Origin: Utricularia gibba | Lineage: Eukaryota; Plantae; Magnoliophyta | NCBI GenBank assembly: GCA_002189035.1 | Contig: NEEC01000015.1 | Span: 124,001-188,000, forward strand | Direction of reading: 5' to 3' | Length of the DNA stretch: 64,000 bases | Shown here: positions 39,557-52,257 of the stretch, piece by piece | Position numbering within the stretch: position 1 is the stretch's first letter | Layout: every line of letters starts with the position of its first letter | Position numbers and translations under genes: made by a program | The notes under the pieces: model-generated | What the model saw: only the letters and a program-made list of their open reading frames with translations | Told to the model about the DNA's origin: nothing | Database searches by the model: none

Positions 39557-39922
39557 TCAAGAAATAGAACGACACAGTGGACAAGATGCATGATGATTAT
39601 CAAACCATTTCTTCAAGCAGCTCCTGTGGAAAAAATGTCCACACGTAAGCTCGCTAATTTCTTCCTCTGCCTCAAACTTACACAAGCAGACAGAGCATTC
39701 CGGCGATCCACCGCGCCGCCCAATTGGAAACCCCCGGGTAATCGACATCCTTCGGTTCGCGGCGTCCAATTCGGCATCAGGTGGTGGACCCGCCACCGCT
39801 CCCATTGATTGAAGAACCGATTGCAGTTTGTTTCTTACAAGAGCCACCGACAAGACGGCCTTGAGCACGATGAAAGGCAGCACCCCGCCGTCTACTGGCC
39901 CGGGAAGGACGGGCAACCCCAT
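39557..39922 (-). CDS. RING-H2 E3 ubiquitin ligase, XERICO-like, intronless
   Basis: N-terminal hydrophobic segment (MGLPVLPGPVDGGVLPFIVLKAVLSVALVRN) and RING-H2 CSVCLCKFEAEEEISELTCGHFFHRSCLKKWFDNHHASCPLCR. Confidence 0.9.
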   Translation of the reverse strand: MGLPVLPGPVDGGVLPFIVLKAVLSVALVRNKLQSVLQSMGAVAGPPPDAELDAANRRMSITRGFPIGRRGGSPECSVCLCKFEAEEEISELTCGHFFHRSCLKKWFDNHHASCPLCRSIS

Positions 39923-40439
39923 AACTTCCCAGAGGTTACCTCGGAATCAAATATCAATTCTGTCGTAGCTAGGGTTATGGTGCTTTGGGAGTAAGGGTGG
40001 GTTTATAAGCGACTCGGCTCCCCTACGTGTCGTAAAAACTCATTTTCAGACGAAAAATCGCTTAGTTGTCGCCTTGGGGACCTGAAAATCCACGCGTCGG
40101 ACTCCGGGATACGCCTCGGCCGCCCAAACAGCTTTGTTTCTGCTAAAAATTATTTAATAAATGCCCAAAATTTGATATAACATCACTCTGTACACTGTTG
40201 GTTATCTCTAAACTGACCGTTGATAACGCCATCCCAAATTGATCTCGTCTTATAGAGTCAAATAACAAATACGGTTTTAAAATAAAGTTGAGCCTATATT
40301 ATTCCTCGGCCCATGTAAGCTCCGGCCCATTTATCCGACCGCACGGGGTTGGCACAATATCAGTCGCTCTTTTTTCATTGTTTTTTTTTTTGGTTTTCCT
40401 GGAAAAAAAACTATTGTGTGTTGATTATTCGGTAAGGAG

Positions 40440-42320
40440 ATGCTTTGGAGAAGGATGTTTTCCTGGATCGAAGAGTCGCTTCCATTGTTGGGTATGCTGG
40501 TGTCTGTGATTCTTCTGTCTTTGAACATGATTGTGAGTAAACTGGCCATGTCCAAAGGCACCAGCTTTTATATTCTTTCTGTGTATTCCCATGCCGCCGC
40601 TGCGGTTATTCTTGTACCATGTGGGTTCCTCTTTCATAGGTAGGTACTGTTTTGATGAAAATTGATGCTAAAATAGTTTTGGTATTTGAGTTTTCCTTTT
40701 TATGATGAGATGAATATGCCTGTATTCGTTGTAGGTCAAGGCTTCCTCCCATCACATTCTCGGTTCTTTGCAGAATCTGCTTGCTCGCAGTTTTTGGGTC
40801 AGTATTTTCTGCGATAAGTTATTCGTTTGAGTTGGTGATCGAGTTATTAGTGGGAGTCACGGTTTCTGGTATCAATGAAGTTGGATTTACTTCTGTTCTA
40901 GTCTTAAATCTTGGTTTCAATCCAATTTAGCAGACTCTGTGAAGTTTAATTAAGCTTGATGTTGTCTTGACTTATCGATTTCATGTTTATCTCTATTTGG
41001 AACCGAAGCCTTAGTGCTGGATCTCGTTTTGCTTCAGTTGTATCGGTGACATTACTTGCAATGCTGGTATCAAAAAGAGCTCTGCGACCCTTGGATCTGA
41101 GATACTGAATCTGGTTCCAGGTTTCACTTACATACTTGCCATCATTTTCAGGTTACAAGATACACCCAAATCCTGTATGCATCATGAATGTTTATCCATA
41201 CTGAAAATGTTCTTATTTGATGTGGGTTTTCTGTAGGATGGAGCACTTCGATGCTAGGCGAATTAGTGACATAGCAAAGTCCTTAGGAACAGTTGTGTTG
41301 ATCACAGGGGCATCCATTGTGACTCTGTACAGGGGGCCACCACTTTTAAGTGAGGGATTCACGGCTGGTTCTTTTGCAATTTTGCTCTCTTCACAATGGG
41401 ATTGGATTCTTGGAGGAATTCTTCTTTCAACATCTGCTCTTGCTGTTGCTGCATGGAATGTATTTCAGGTTTCCATATGGATCAGGGGCTTGATTTCGTT
41501 ATGAGCAAGTGGTTTCCAAACAAGTTAGAAACATCAATTTATAATAATATACGTATGCAGGCGTCTATTTTGAGGATATGCCCCTCGGAGATAATTGTTG
41601 TGGGCTTCTATTCCGTTTTTGTGACGTTGCAATCGGCCATTGTAGCTCTGGTTGCTGAAAGGGAACTGGATGCTTGGAAGCTTCAATCGGAGATGGGATT
41701 GGTTGCCGTACTGTTTGCTGTAAGCAGCTGGATTCTATGAACCCTTCACATAACCAATGCTTTGTTCTGCATGCAAGATTTTCCCATTGCAAAATCATTG
41801 AAACCTCTGAAAGGCAATTTTCTAGGAAAAAATCTGATCTGCAGAACAAGCCTGAAATGATTGATATATGTGTCTCCTTGTACATGATAATCGCACCGTA
41901 AGCTGAATTTTGTGTTTGTGATTCAGGGACTCATCAACATCACATTTCGAATCTACGTGATCACCTGGTGCCTTTCCAAGACAGGGCCTCTTTTCGTGTC
42001 ACTGTTCAACCCATTGACGATTGTTGTTTCGATTATCCTTGGTTTCATCTTCTTCCATGAAGCTCTCTACTTGGGAAGGTGCCACCCTCACCTCACATTT
42101 GTTCTTTCTTATTATTGTCCTGGCTTGACAGAGAAACCAGTGTTCTGTGCTGGCGTTTTGCAGCGTTGTCGGCACGATGGTGCTGGTTATCGGATTCTAT
42201 GCTGTGATCTGGGGCAAGGGTCAAGACTACCAAGGGAACAAACACGGAATGGGTGTCTCCAATGAAGAATCGGCAAGCTTTGATACCCCCTTAATACAAC
42301 AACATGCTGAGGAACCGTGA
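40440..42320 (+). CDS. WAT1-related / UMAMIT (nodulin MtN21, EamA) transporter, 7 exons
   Basis: Exons 40440-40639, 40735-40797, 41038-41151, 41237-41468, 41561-41719, 41927-42078 and 42164-42320 are in frame. Motifs NLVPGFTYILAIIFRME, AKSLGTVVLITGA, KTGPLFVSLFNPL and GFYAVIWGK. Confidence 0.93.
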
Positions 42321-45017
42321 TGGCTGATGCTTGGCAGTGCATGCTCCCTTCCATTGAAACGATTACTTGTGATTATATTAATTTGTGTAATGTGTATATA
42401 TTTTTGAAATAACGCCATCTAAATATCGAATTTCTCAAATTAACGACTCTCACCTCTCGCATCCATTTTCCTTTCCTACAAGCCGATCGGGCTAGACGAA
42501 GTACTTGCTTCCAACGCACATAGCCCATAAGATATTGGGCCACATGTTCAGTAGATTGGTGAACACAAGCTTAAAGTTCATTGTATTAGAACAAAAAAGC
42601 AAACGAGAAAAGGGCTTTCTAGTTGCCTTTTGTGACTAAAGAAGAACAAACAAAGACAAAGGGAAAAGGGAAATTTAGATAAGTTTTGGGCATATGGTCG
42701 TGTCTTTAGAGACGTCTTTGATTGTAAAGATGGCTCTTTTGTCTCCACCCTTTGGATGCAACTGCACACATTCAACACCCATTTTTATTTAGGACTTGGG
42801 GGAGTTTGTGTTCCATCTCAAACTCCTGCCCAGTAACGCATTCTCGCAGTCTCCCATTTTTTCGATCATATGTTGAAACTTAAAATCGGATGAATGTAGA
42901 AGATGATCGAGTGTTGAGTTCTGTCACACGCTCCACCCCATGACCAGGTGGTGATATTATTAGGTCTCTTTAGTTCCCCTTTACCCATCCACTTTCCGTG
43001 GGATCCAAAGAGAAAATCCATCCTCTTAGCTGGAAAAGATGAGAAGAATCGAACCAGGGGCACCAGGACCAATGAGGATAGCTGGGAGTGTGCATTTCAA
43101 CGGGATCAAACCTTCGGGTTTCTGTTACAACGGGCCGAATGGGGAAACAGGAACTAATCCGAAACCGCTTCTCAATGACATTGTTCAATTGCAAACATTG
43201 ATTGTATCTTGTAAGAATCATTCCTCCTTGAAGCTTCCTTCGCCACCAATGACATTTTCGTAGTGTGCGTGCGCAGAGTCAATTTATTCCATAAAGAGGA
43301 ATGGGACTTGGTGAAGAACGCTCCTCTTGTGTCCCTCACATGCTTGAGTTTCATGGGGAAGGACAAAAGGCTTCAATGGCTTTTGGGCATAAGGCAGCAG
43401 TGGATTCTCTTTGTGGATCACCCCTTTATAGTTTCCCATGAGAATGTCAACAAAAAAAAGCAGTGCAAGTGACGACTCATTTTGAAGATCATGCAATGGA
43501 TGCTATGCTTAACTTGATGTAACATCACATGGAGACAAAACTGCTAAACATGTGTGCATAAATGGCATGTGCTACTCCTAATGATTATGGGGTATTCATT
43601 GATCATAACATGATTATTGCTCCTGTTTCTTCTTCTCAAACAAACCATTAACTCTGGTTTCTTTGGCAACAAACCCCACTCTGTAGGACCTTCACATTTG
43701 TTTCCACTTGCTTTATTTCTTCCTCTTGGAGGACCACCTACCAGCTGTTTGTACCCAACATCTCAAAAATGTTTCTTCTTGCCATCAGCTAGTGAATTAG
43801 AATGCAGATCCAGTGCAAGTGTTCATTTCAGGAACCGAAACGGATGGTTTCAATGACGGGATGCGAGCCGTTCCTGCGATCCCAACCAAAGATGACTTGA
43901 TAGATTAGAGGAGTAGGAAGCAGGATAGACTGTTTGTTCCCCCTAATGCCTGCAGTACTGATAAGATGGTTTTTGATTGATCACATGGGAGGATCCTCAA
44001 TCACAGAAAGTAATGAGCTGAATACCTCTAAAAGAGTCTGTCACTTGAGCACGAGGAGTGTTCTCTTTACCCAAACTCGACAAATTGTACATTGGGGCAA
44101 CAAGGATACCCACGATTCCCTTCTCCAAGAGCTCTCGCTTTAAAATTACATCGCCCCCCTTTTTTTTTATCGTTTAACTGCGACACATTTCGGATCCGTG
44201 GCCTTGGATGAGCAAAAACAAACAAATCCGTCACGGTTTCAAACTGTTTGGAACCGCCGGTTTAAGTTCGTGACGATGTAAGAATAGACAACATTTGCCA
44301 AGGGTGAAACGAACACCCGGCTGACAAAAAAACATAGACACGAGGGTCACCTTTGGACTGCTTGTAGGACGAGTCATTCTTGTTGTCCGTAGCTGCAGCT
44401 CGTTCTTCCATGATTTACAAAATGCGATGTCATGCCTTCGGGATTCCATGCACGATCACATTAGACGATAACACAACAAACCGTACGCGTACAGTGTAAA
44501 TTACAACTGCATGAACATGCACAGAGTAGAGAAGCTGCGAAGTATGACAGGGATGGGAAAGAAAGGAAGAAGCTGCAGGGGCAGCAGTCTGCAATCCAGA
44601 TAAGGGGGCGCGGTTGTGCCAGTCACACTCATTGAACTGAGGGGCCAATTCAGCCTCACGCTCCTACAACCCACACATTAAACATTCCATAACCGTGCTT
44701 GTGATCCAGTTCCAGTGTACTACAAGGCTTAAATCAATTGCTTCAGGTGGGAGGATATTTCACTAATCCGCCACAGCTTTGAATCTGGGACCTTTTCCTT
44801 GAATGCTATAGATTATACTGTGTCTGAAGGGTGTGCAGTTTTGTTGAAGTGCAACATAACAAAATTCCTTTACGTCTTATCACAGCTTGATGATCACGTG
44901 CACTGTGTAAGTCGTCTCTGCACTCCCTTTTTTTTCAAAGGTGTAGGGGGTGGTGGGGCTGGTGAAAAATTCGCCCAAATGGAGTGCGCACTGGGGATCA
45001 ATAGTTGAAAAAATAGT

Positions 45018-45190
45018 GAAAAAGCCGGGCACGAAGACCATTCCACAGTGCGGCCATCTTTTGTGCATACAACAAATGGAAAATGCACCTCCTCCCCTGA
45101 CAACGCAAAGCAAATAAATTCCCCTTGAAAAGGTCGGCCACGAAGACCATTAGACAGACAGTGAGGCCACCTTTTGGCCATACAACAAAC
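45018..45190. repeat. Imperfect tandem duplication (period about 109 bp) downstream of cyclin D1
   Basis: CACGAAGACCATT...CAGTGxGGCCAxCTTTTG...CATACAACAAA starts at 45030 and again at 45139. Confidence 0.7.
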
Positions 45191-45331
45191 AAAACCTCTT
45201 AACAAACAAAACAAAACCCGTTATTCCAGAAAAATAATCAACAAATACCATCACCCCAGTCTCTGACAAGGTTTTTTTAATTTAAAACTAAGTACGGTGC
45301 CGGATTCCACCCCCTGGGGAACCTGCAAACA

Positions 45332-47131
45332 TCATCTTCCATGCACGGCCATGGCCATGGCCATCCATAGATTATCATCTACTTCACTCCTCTTAGAAAA
45401 ACCAGGAAGAATAGATAGCAGATCGGGATCCAACCTTTGGACCGCTTTATTCATTATTGTTATTACTAATTTTTTGGGTTTAGTCAGATACTCCCCCTTA
45501 TCCTCTTCATCTTCCCACAGTTCATTATTCAGTTTCCTTCTCTTGAAAAGTGGAGACGAGTCCCTTGAGGTTAACATACTCATCACTTGGAACTCTGGTT
45601 TTGGGAAGATCTGACGAATCTTTTGATAGCAACTCATGATATCTTCCTGCCAAAGGAGCGCAAATTGTATTTGAACACAGTGCTTTTATCTTTAGAAACA
45701 TCATATTTTATACTTACTTTGTGGAGTCCATCCCTCCACAGCTCCTCAAATGACAGACTCTGTAAATTGTTTGCAGCGCAGAGCGCAGCAGCAGCGGCAA
45801 CGCATGATGGCTTGTACTCGATGATGCTTGTTTCTGTAGAATCAAAATTGTATATCAGTTTCCGGAACCTGTTTACAAATAACAATCACTGATTAGTACC
45901 TCTAATTGTTGACAAAATGATGCTCTTAGCCTTGGACGCAATGAGGGTGGAGTAAGTCCCAGATGGGTCGATTTTCAATGAGAAAAATCTCAAGTAGCAA
46001 AACGGCGAAACTGACCGGAGTCTCCAATCCAGAACTTTGAGCACCAAAAGCTCCATTCTTTTGATCGTTCTCGGTTCGAATATCAATTTTGGATCCTCAA
46101 CCTAATCAAACCACATTAGCATCATCAATACCCAAGACTGATCATGTTTAAATCCTCTAAATGAAATAACCTGTAGGTCCAGCAGAGACGGCATGAGAGG
46201 CTCCTCTAGCTTAGCTGCTAAAGACAGGCACGCGACGGACAACAGTTGCAGTGGCCATCCATTTATTTTCTGCGTGCATTAGTTGTCAATTAATATTCAA
46301 TGATGATAACAAAAATAAAAAAATACAAATTGGGATGTTGGAAATGGATCAGGCAACTTTATTGCTGAGTCTCAACATGTGAAACATTTTATATCAATTT
46401 AATGAGAGAGTATACAAGTTGACCATATTCATGATAATATTATTTCTCGTTTATAAAGCTATGAATAAATGTAAAATTAACCGACTTACGCCTTAGGGTA
46501 TAATTATAGAAAACTTATGTAATCCAATTAGAAAATTGTAGTAATATTAAATAAAAAAATATCTGAAAATCAAAAGATCTCCTTTACGGTGAGCGAGGAC
46601 TTACGGGCAAGGGATGAGAATGCAAGAAACGGTCGAAATAGTTGACGGAGAGAAACGCCGTTAATGGCTGGAAGCCGTAATAACGTTGCACCTGCAACAG
46701 CGAATCAAATCTCCGTTAAGCCTGCGACGGTGACAACTGTCTCATTCATCGGGTTCTGGAACTGGAACTGGAATTGGAATCCTCTGCCAGTTCTTGAACA
46801 CCAACAAGCCAGGGAGTCGCTAACGTGCGCCGCTGCCCGCGGGCGAAAAATAAGAATTAATTGAAGAGGAAAAGGATGATACCTTGAGCATCCACGTTAC
46901 GGATTCACATCTAGCGGCGGTGTCGACCGGTTCGCGAGGCCGGCGGGAAGTGATTCCGGCGAGAGCGCTCTCTTCCTCCAGAAGATCGGCGATGGAACAT
47001 TCCAACTCCAGTGGGAAAGATTCGAGATCCGATGCGTATTCCGGAGAGTCGCCTCCGCATTCGGAGAAAATGACGCTGGAGTCCTCGCCGCAGAGAAGGT
47101 CGGAGGAGGAGAAGCAGTCGGAGGACGACAT
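45332..47131 (-). CDS. CYCD1;1: D-type cyclin, CYCD1 class, 6 exons (true stop may be at 45480)
   Basis: Exons 47131-46883, 46691-46605, 46269-46171, 46101-45900, 45833-45718 and 45646-end. Rb-binding LxCxE (LLCGE), cyclin box (VNYFDRFL, WPLQLLSVACLSLAAKLEE, MELLVLKVLDWRL) and KRRKLNN. Confidence 0.95.
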
Positions 47132-48406
47132 TGACGTGAGTCACTACTCTCTTGGGAACATCACGTAGAAAGGATTGCTTGGATCTACCGCCGGAGATTC
47201 ATAGGCAAATGCAGCGGTGTTGCGCAGTGTGTGCGTGAGTAGGATTCCCACTGTGTGCTGGTCTAGTTTGTTTGGTGTTTTCTCTTCTCTTCCCCTGTGA
47301 TAGATATAGAGATGGATGCAATTATTTATATTTTTATTCCCTTATCTTTTTCTTGTATTTCACACGCGGCATTTGTTATTTTGTGTTTTTTTTTGGTTAA
47401 TTGTTTTTCATAAGCAATATCTAATTCCTACTGTTCAGTCGTTCGTGATTAAATATTAGACTATAGCCCACGCTTCATACAACAAATCATACTTCAACCT
47501 CTATCCACACATGCGTTTCCGCATCGCCCGATTTTCTGACGATTGGGCCGGACTGACTCGGTTTGGTATAATGGGCCGATACGGTCCAACCTCTATCAAT
47601 TCGACCCCATCAAAATGTGAAAATGACGTAGCCAAGATAGTTCTACGTTCCCATCGGTCCTTTTTCATTTTTTCCCAAGTGGTTTTTGATGACACAAAGC
47701 ATAGATTACGTTGGACAAAGAGATTATTTGGTGGTAGAAACTTCTCTATTGCATTAATGACCACACGATGACATTGTTCACTCAAGTTTCTTTCTTCACC
47801 TTTCAATAGCATATGTGTATACCAAATTATCAATTTAAATATTGTTGGTATTTCTCCATTATTTTTTCCTTTTGGCGCCAGGGTTGGAAAAAAAAAAAAA
47901 AGTGTAAAAAATATCTGGCAAAAGGGGAACAACGTGCCCTCTAGGAGTGTAGGGACATGAGGAGGAAACGTCTCATCTCTCTGGGCTGTCGTCTTTCTGT
48001 TCAATAAATACATGCATACATATTTCTCTGACATATTTGACCCTTCAGACCCCCCCACTCTTTGAAAATGAAAACCCAGCCCCTCCATTTCTTTTTAATT
48101 CCCTATTGGATGGGGATGAATGGGATGTGAACCAAGTTGCATACATCATTTGAGATTTGGGCCACCCGGAAATTGCATGGCCTCCATTGGGCTTTTATCA
48201 AGCCCACCTAAGCAAACAACGAAGTTGGGGCCCATTCTTGAGAATATTTTGCCAACTTAAATGTTACGTAAATTGATTTTTTGAAGGTAAAATCGAGTCG
48301 TGGCGCGATGGCACTTTAGTGAACTCATATCCTTTCCAAGGTCCATACTACAAAACCATTGCCATTTTTTTATTATTTTATAGAAAATGAAAATAATAAT
48401 AATAAA

Positions 48407-48431
48407 GGGGGGGGGGGGGGGGGGGGGGGGG
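48407..48431. repeat. G25 homopolymer
   Basis: Counted directly. Confidence 0.9.
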
Positions 48432-49884
48432 AATAAAGCCCATTTATGCAGATTCCTTCGCTGCATGTGATGGTGGGCCTCCAACAAGTTGAACAGAATG
48501 AATGACCTCCCGAGTCTTGTCTCCCAGTCAATAGATACGAATTCTATAGTTATCCTATGGAATTAAATAATAATATCACTTTCAAAAGAACAAAAAAAAA
48601 AGAAAAAAAAGGTCGATTCAGTTTTTGAACATCGTTAACGTCGTCCGCCGTTATAATTATTATGCAATAAATAAATACATTTTTCAATATACTTGAGATC
48701 TTCACAGAGGCCATGCAATGCAAATGATTGTGAGGGATGGGAAGGAATAATAGTAGCAGCGCGGTGTGATGAATAATAATTAGATAATTTCTCTTGGAGT
48801 CAGGGAACAATAATAATTTAATTAATAGTGCGCTCAATAATAGCGATTATTCCACATTGACCATAAATATTCATTATTATTGTTTTATTATTATTTTTGA
48901 ATGCGAGAAGGCATGCGCTGTCCATACATATTTATATACATGATGAAGACGTTCAAAATTAGGTGCATCGGTCAAGCTCCCTCCACCACTCTACGTGCAG
49001 TGCATTCCTGGCTCATTGCAATTTGCAACCTTGGGTTAGTTAGTTAGTTAGTTAGTTATGTAATTAATAATTATGTGGCACCATGAATGCACATGCACCC
49101 ACGTCATCATATAAATAAAGGGAGGCTGCTGCTGCTGCTGCTTCTTCTTGCTATCGCCTTTCCAACGGTATCCGATTTGTGTATCAAAAGAAGGCTGGAA
49201 TCCATTGAATATGAGATGTTACATCCGGGCCTTTTGTGTATTGTATATTGGGATGGGGGGGGTTGGAATTTGGAATGGTGTCTTTTTCAGTGTGTGGAGG
49301 GTCATGTTAGCGTATCATTGACAATTAGGCGTCCGAATCAATGTTTTCACATCTCGGTGAGCCGTAGGGTTTCCCCATAGGCGGTTCACCCGCCAACCAA
49401 CCCCAACAATAACATGATGCTGCGCTTCAATACGTTCCTTCAACATTGTGCAATGTTGACTCCAGGGTAAAAAAATGGGTGATTTGGAAATGTCCAGGAA
49501 AAAATTGATCATTTTTAATATTAATTTTTTTATGTTTTGTGATGTGTGTGACTAATTTTGGAAGTTTTTGATGTCTCAAAATTAAAAAAAGTTATATTAA
49601 TGTTTATTAATCCGCCGTTTTTTCTTTTTTTTTTTGAAGTCGGCAGCCGGATTCATTTTTATTTAACTTATGAAATGAATTCAATCAGCGTCAAATATTA
49701 TATGATCAAAGGCGTTAGTTTAAATAATTTAGCCGTAAATAATAATATAAAACGCTTGAGGGACATGGCACGTTATCCCATTTCCCCACAGGTTGAGAGT
49801 CCAGCGGTGAGGTCAGCACTCGTCTTTCCCTCCCATTCACACCTCCGCCGCTGTCTCCAGCGCAGGTTGAGTATTTTGATAACG

Positions 49885-51218
49885 ATGCGTGTGGAGGAGC
49901 GTAATTCCGGCGACCTGAAAATGCGAGTGAGTGGCTATCTGGGTAAGCTCTCCGATCGCGACACTCTTTCCATGGCGGCGAACGAGTTGGAGACAATCGC
50001 CAGGGGTCTTCAGAAGGAGTCCTTGGCGCAGTTTCTGAGATGTATATCGTCTACAGACGCGTCGGAGAAATCTCCGGTTCGCCGCCATCGCGTGCGTCTC
50101 TTAACGGTGATGTCATCCGCTCACGGAGACGCACTGTCTCCTCATCTGCCTCAAATGATCTCCGTCGTCCTCCACCGCCTCCGCGATGCCGACTCCGCCG
50201 TTCGATCTGCCTGCGTGGACGCTGTGTCCTCGATTGCCATCCACGTGAAGACGCCGCCATTTTCCGTCATCCTGAAACCGCTTGTAGATGCTCTTGTCCA
50301 CGAGCAAGACCCGAATGCCCAACTAGCGGCGGCCCTTTGCTTATCCGCGGCGGTCGAGGCCTCGCCGCAGCCGGACACAGCGGAGTTGAAGAAACTATTA
50401 CCGAAGATTTTAAAGCTCGCAAGGAGTGACTCCTTCAAAGCGAAACCAGCATTGCTCTGTTTCATCACAGGAATCGTGAACGCCGGTTGTTTAAAATCTC
50501 CGGGCTTATTAAATTCCGTCGTGTCCACGGCGGTCGAGTTCTTAACAAGCGAAGATTGGGCGGTACGGAAAGCGGCGGCGGAGCTTCTAGAAAAAACGGC
50601 GGCCACCGGCGAAATCCCATCCCATGCGCAGAAAACTCGTTGCATCGCAGTTCTGCAAAATCGGAGATTCGACAAAGTGAAGCTCGTGAGAGAGACAATG
50701 AATCGAGCTTTGGAGAAATGGAGAGATGTTTCCAGCCAATTTCAGGAAGACCCATCTTCACCGGAAGTTCACCGCCACACCTCAGCTCCGATTTCATCCC
50801 CTCCCTCGAGCTGCTCATCCTCTAACAGCACCATAACCACAGAAAACGCAACAAGCCCCTTCCCTGAAGCCAACGAACCAAACAAAAAGACTCCAAATCA
50901 TCAAGATTTCGAAGAACTGTGCCTAATCAAACAACAGCTTCTGCAAATCGAGGACCAACAATCTGCTCTTCTTCACCTTCTCCAGGTTCCCACTAATCTT
51001 CATCAACTTCCTCAATACTTTTTTACGTATATTCAATCTCGTTTACAGTCCTTGTCAAAATCGATCAGAATTTCATTGGGCGGTCTCAGAAGAGCATGTG
51101 CTCCCTCCGAAAACGAGTCGATGGCCTGGAGAAAGCAGTGGGTGAGATCTCAAGAGATCCCAGAGTCGGTGGCGGGAGAAATGTTCGCGCTACATGCTGC
51201 CAAGGGGAAAATTTCTGA
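49885..51218 (+). CDS. TORTIFOLIA1/SPIRAL2-like microtubule-associated HEAT-repeat protein, 2 exons
   Basis: Exons 49885-50985 and 51069-51218. Motifs LGKLSDRDTLSMAANELETIARGL, HRLRDADSAVRSAC, SEDWAVRKAAAE, RFDKVKLVRETM and coiled-coil LIKQQLLQIEDQQSALLHLLQ|NFIG. Confidence 0.88.
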
Positions 51219-52257
51219 GCTTTCAGTGCAATTTGTTCTTCATCATTATCTTTTCAGAAATCAGACCTCGGATCAAGCGTAGCTCAGACATGGGTAAATA
51301 AAATATGGTCCCCTAAACCCCCACAACCCTCCTGGATACATATAATATATCTATATATGTTTTTTCTGATGTGTTAAATAATTAAACCTCGGAATTAGTT
51401 TTAGTATAGAAAAACTGTATATGGGCCAAATTCCTGCAAGGTCGTCAGAGCCCGATATCCATTAATGACCAGCCTATAAACAGCCCAATATAAAGGCCCA
51501 TAATCTCAGATTCCATTCTCAAGGCGTAAGGATGCAAAGAAAAAATTACTTCTATTTATTCAGTTTTCATTAAGGATTTTTAAAAATCATTTCAATTATA
51601 CTCATATTGTTTCATAAATAATTATAATCATTATTCTTTTTTAAAATAAATTTAAATTGTATTTTAGTTTTAATATAAATCTTTTTCAATTATTGAAATA
51701 ATATAAAACATAATTTTTTACAGATTTATTTAATACAAATAATTTCTAGAATATTATTTTTTAATTTATAGATTTATAAAATATAGTTATTAATAAATAT
51801 GCTATTTAACTACGAAAACCAGTTTTAATTAATTAAGGGTTTTTGACAGGTAATATGTTGTGGGAGGGACGGACCACGTTTTGCCAACCTGAATTAAGTT
51901 CCTGCCAGTTTGTCAGTAATGTGTTAATTAATGAAGGGATTAATAAATAATGCATGCGACGTCGTTTTCGCTTTTCTATTTTGCAGTTCAAAGCTTCCGC
52001 TCTGAAACGTTGCCGGTTGCCTTTTGCCACTCGCACCTCACGCACAGGAGCATCACCCTGAAACCTCGCTCGCACTACCCAATTCGGATCCACGTTCCTG
52101 CGCTTTCCACTGCGGTGGTAAAGATACATTTTCTTGTTGTTTAATACTTAGATTAGATTTTCTGCGCGCGTGTTGTTGTGGTAAAGAAACAAACTCATGA
52201 TGGAAGATCGTTTTTTGTTCCAAAACGAGTAAACCCAGATTTATATCTGGGTTCGGA

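Noticed and set aside
43886-43906. CAACCAAAGATGACTTGATA resembles miR169
   Set aside because: About five mismatches, and no complementary star arm or hairpin nearby.
49558-51282. 574-aa ORF from the ORF track taken as a single-exon protein
   Set aside because: It starts at a non-ATG codon in AT-rich DNA and reads through the 50986-51068 intron into the wrong frame. The spliced model from ATG 49885 fits TOR1L.
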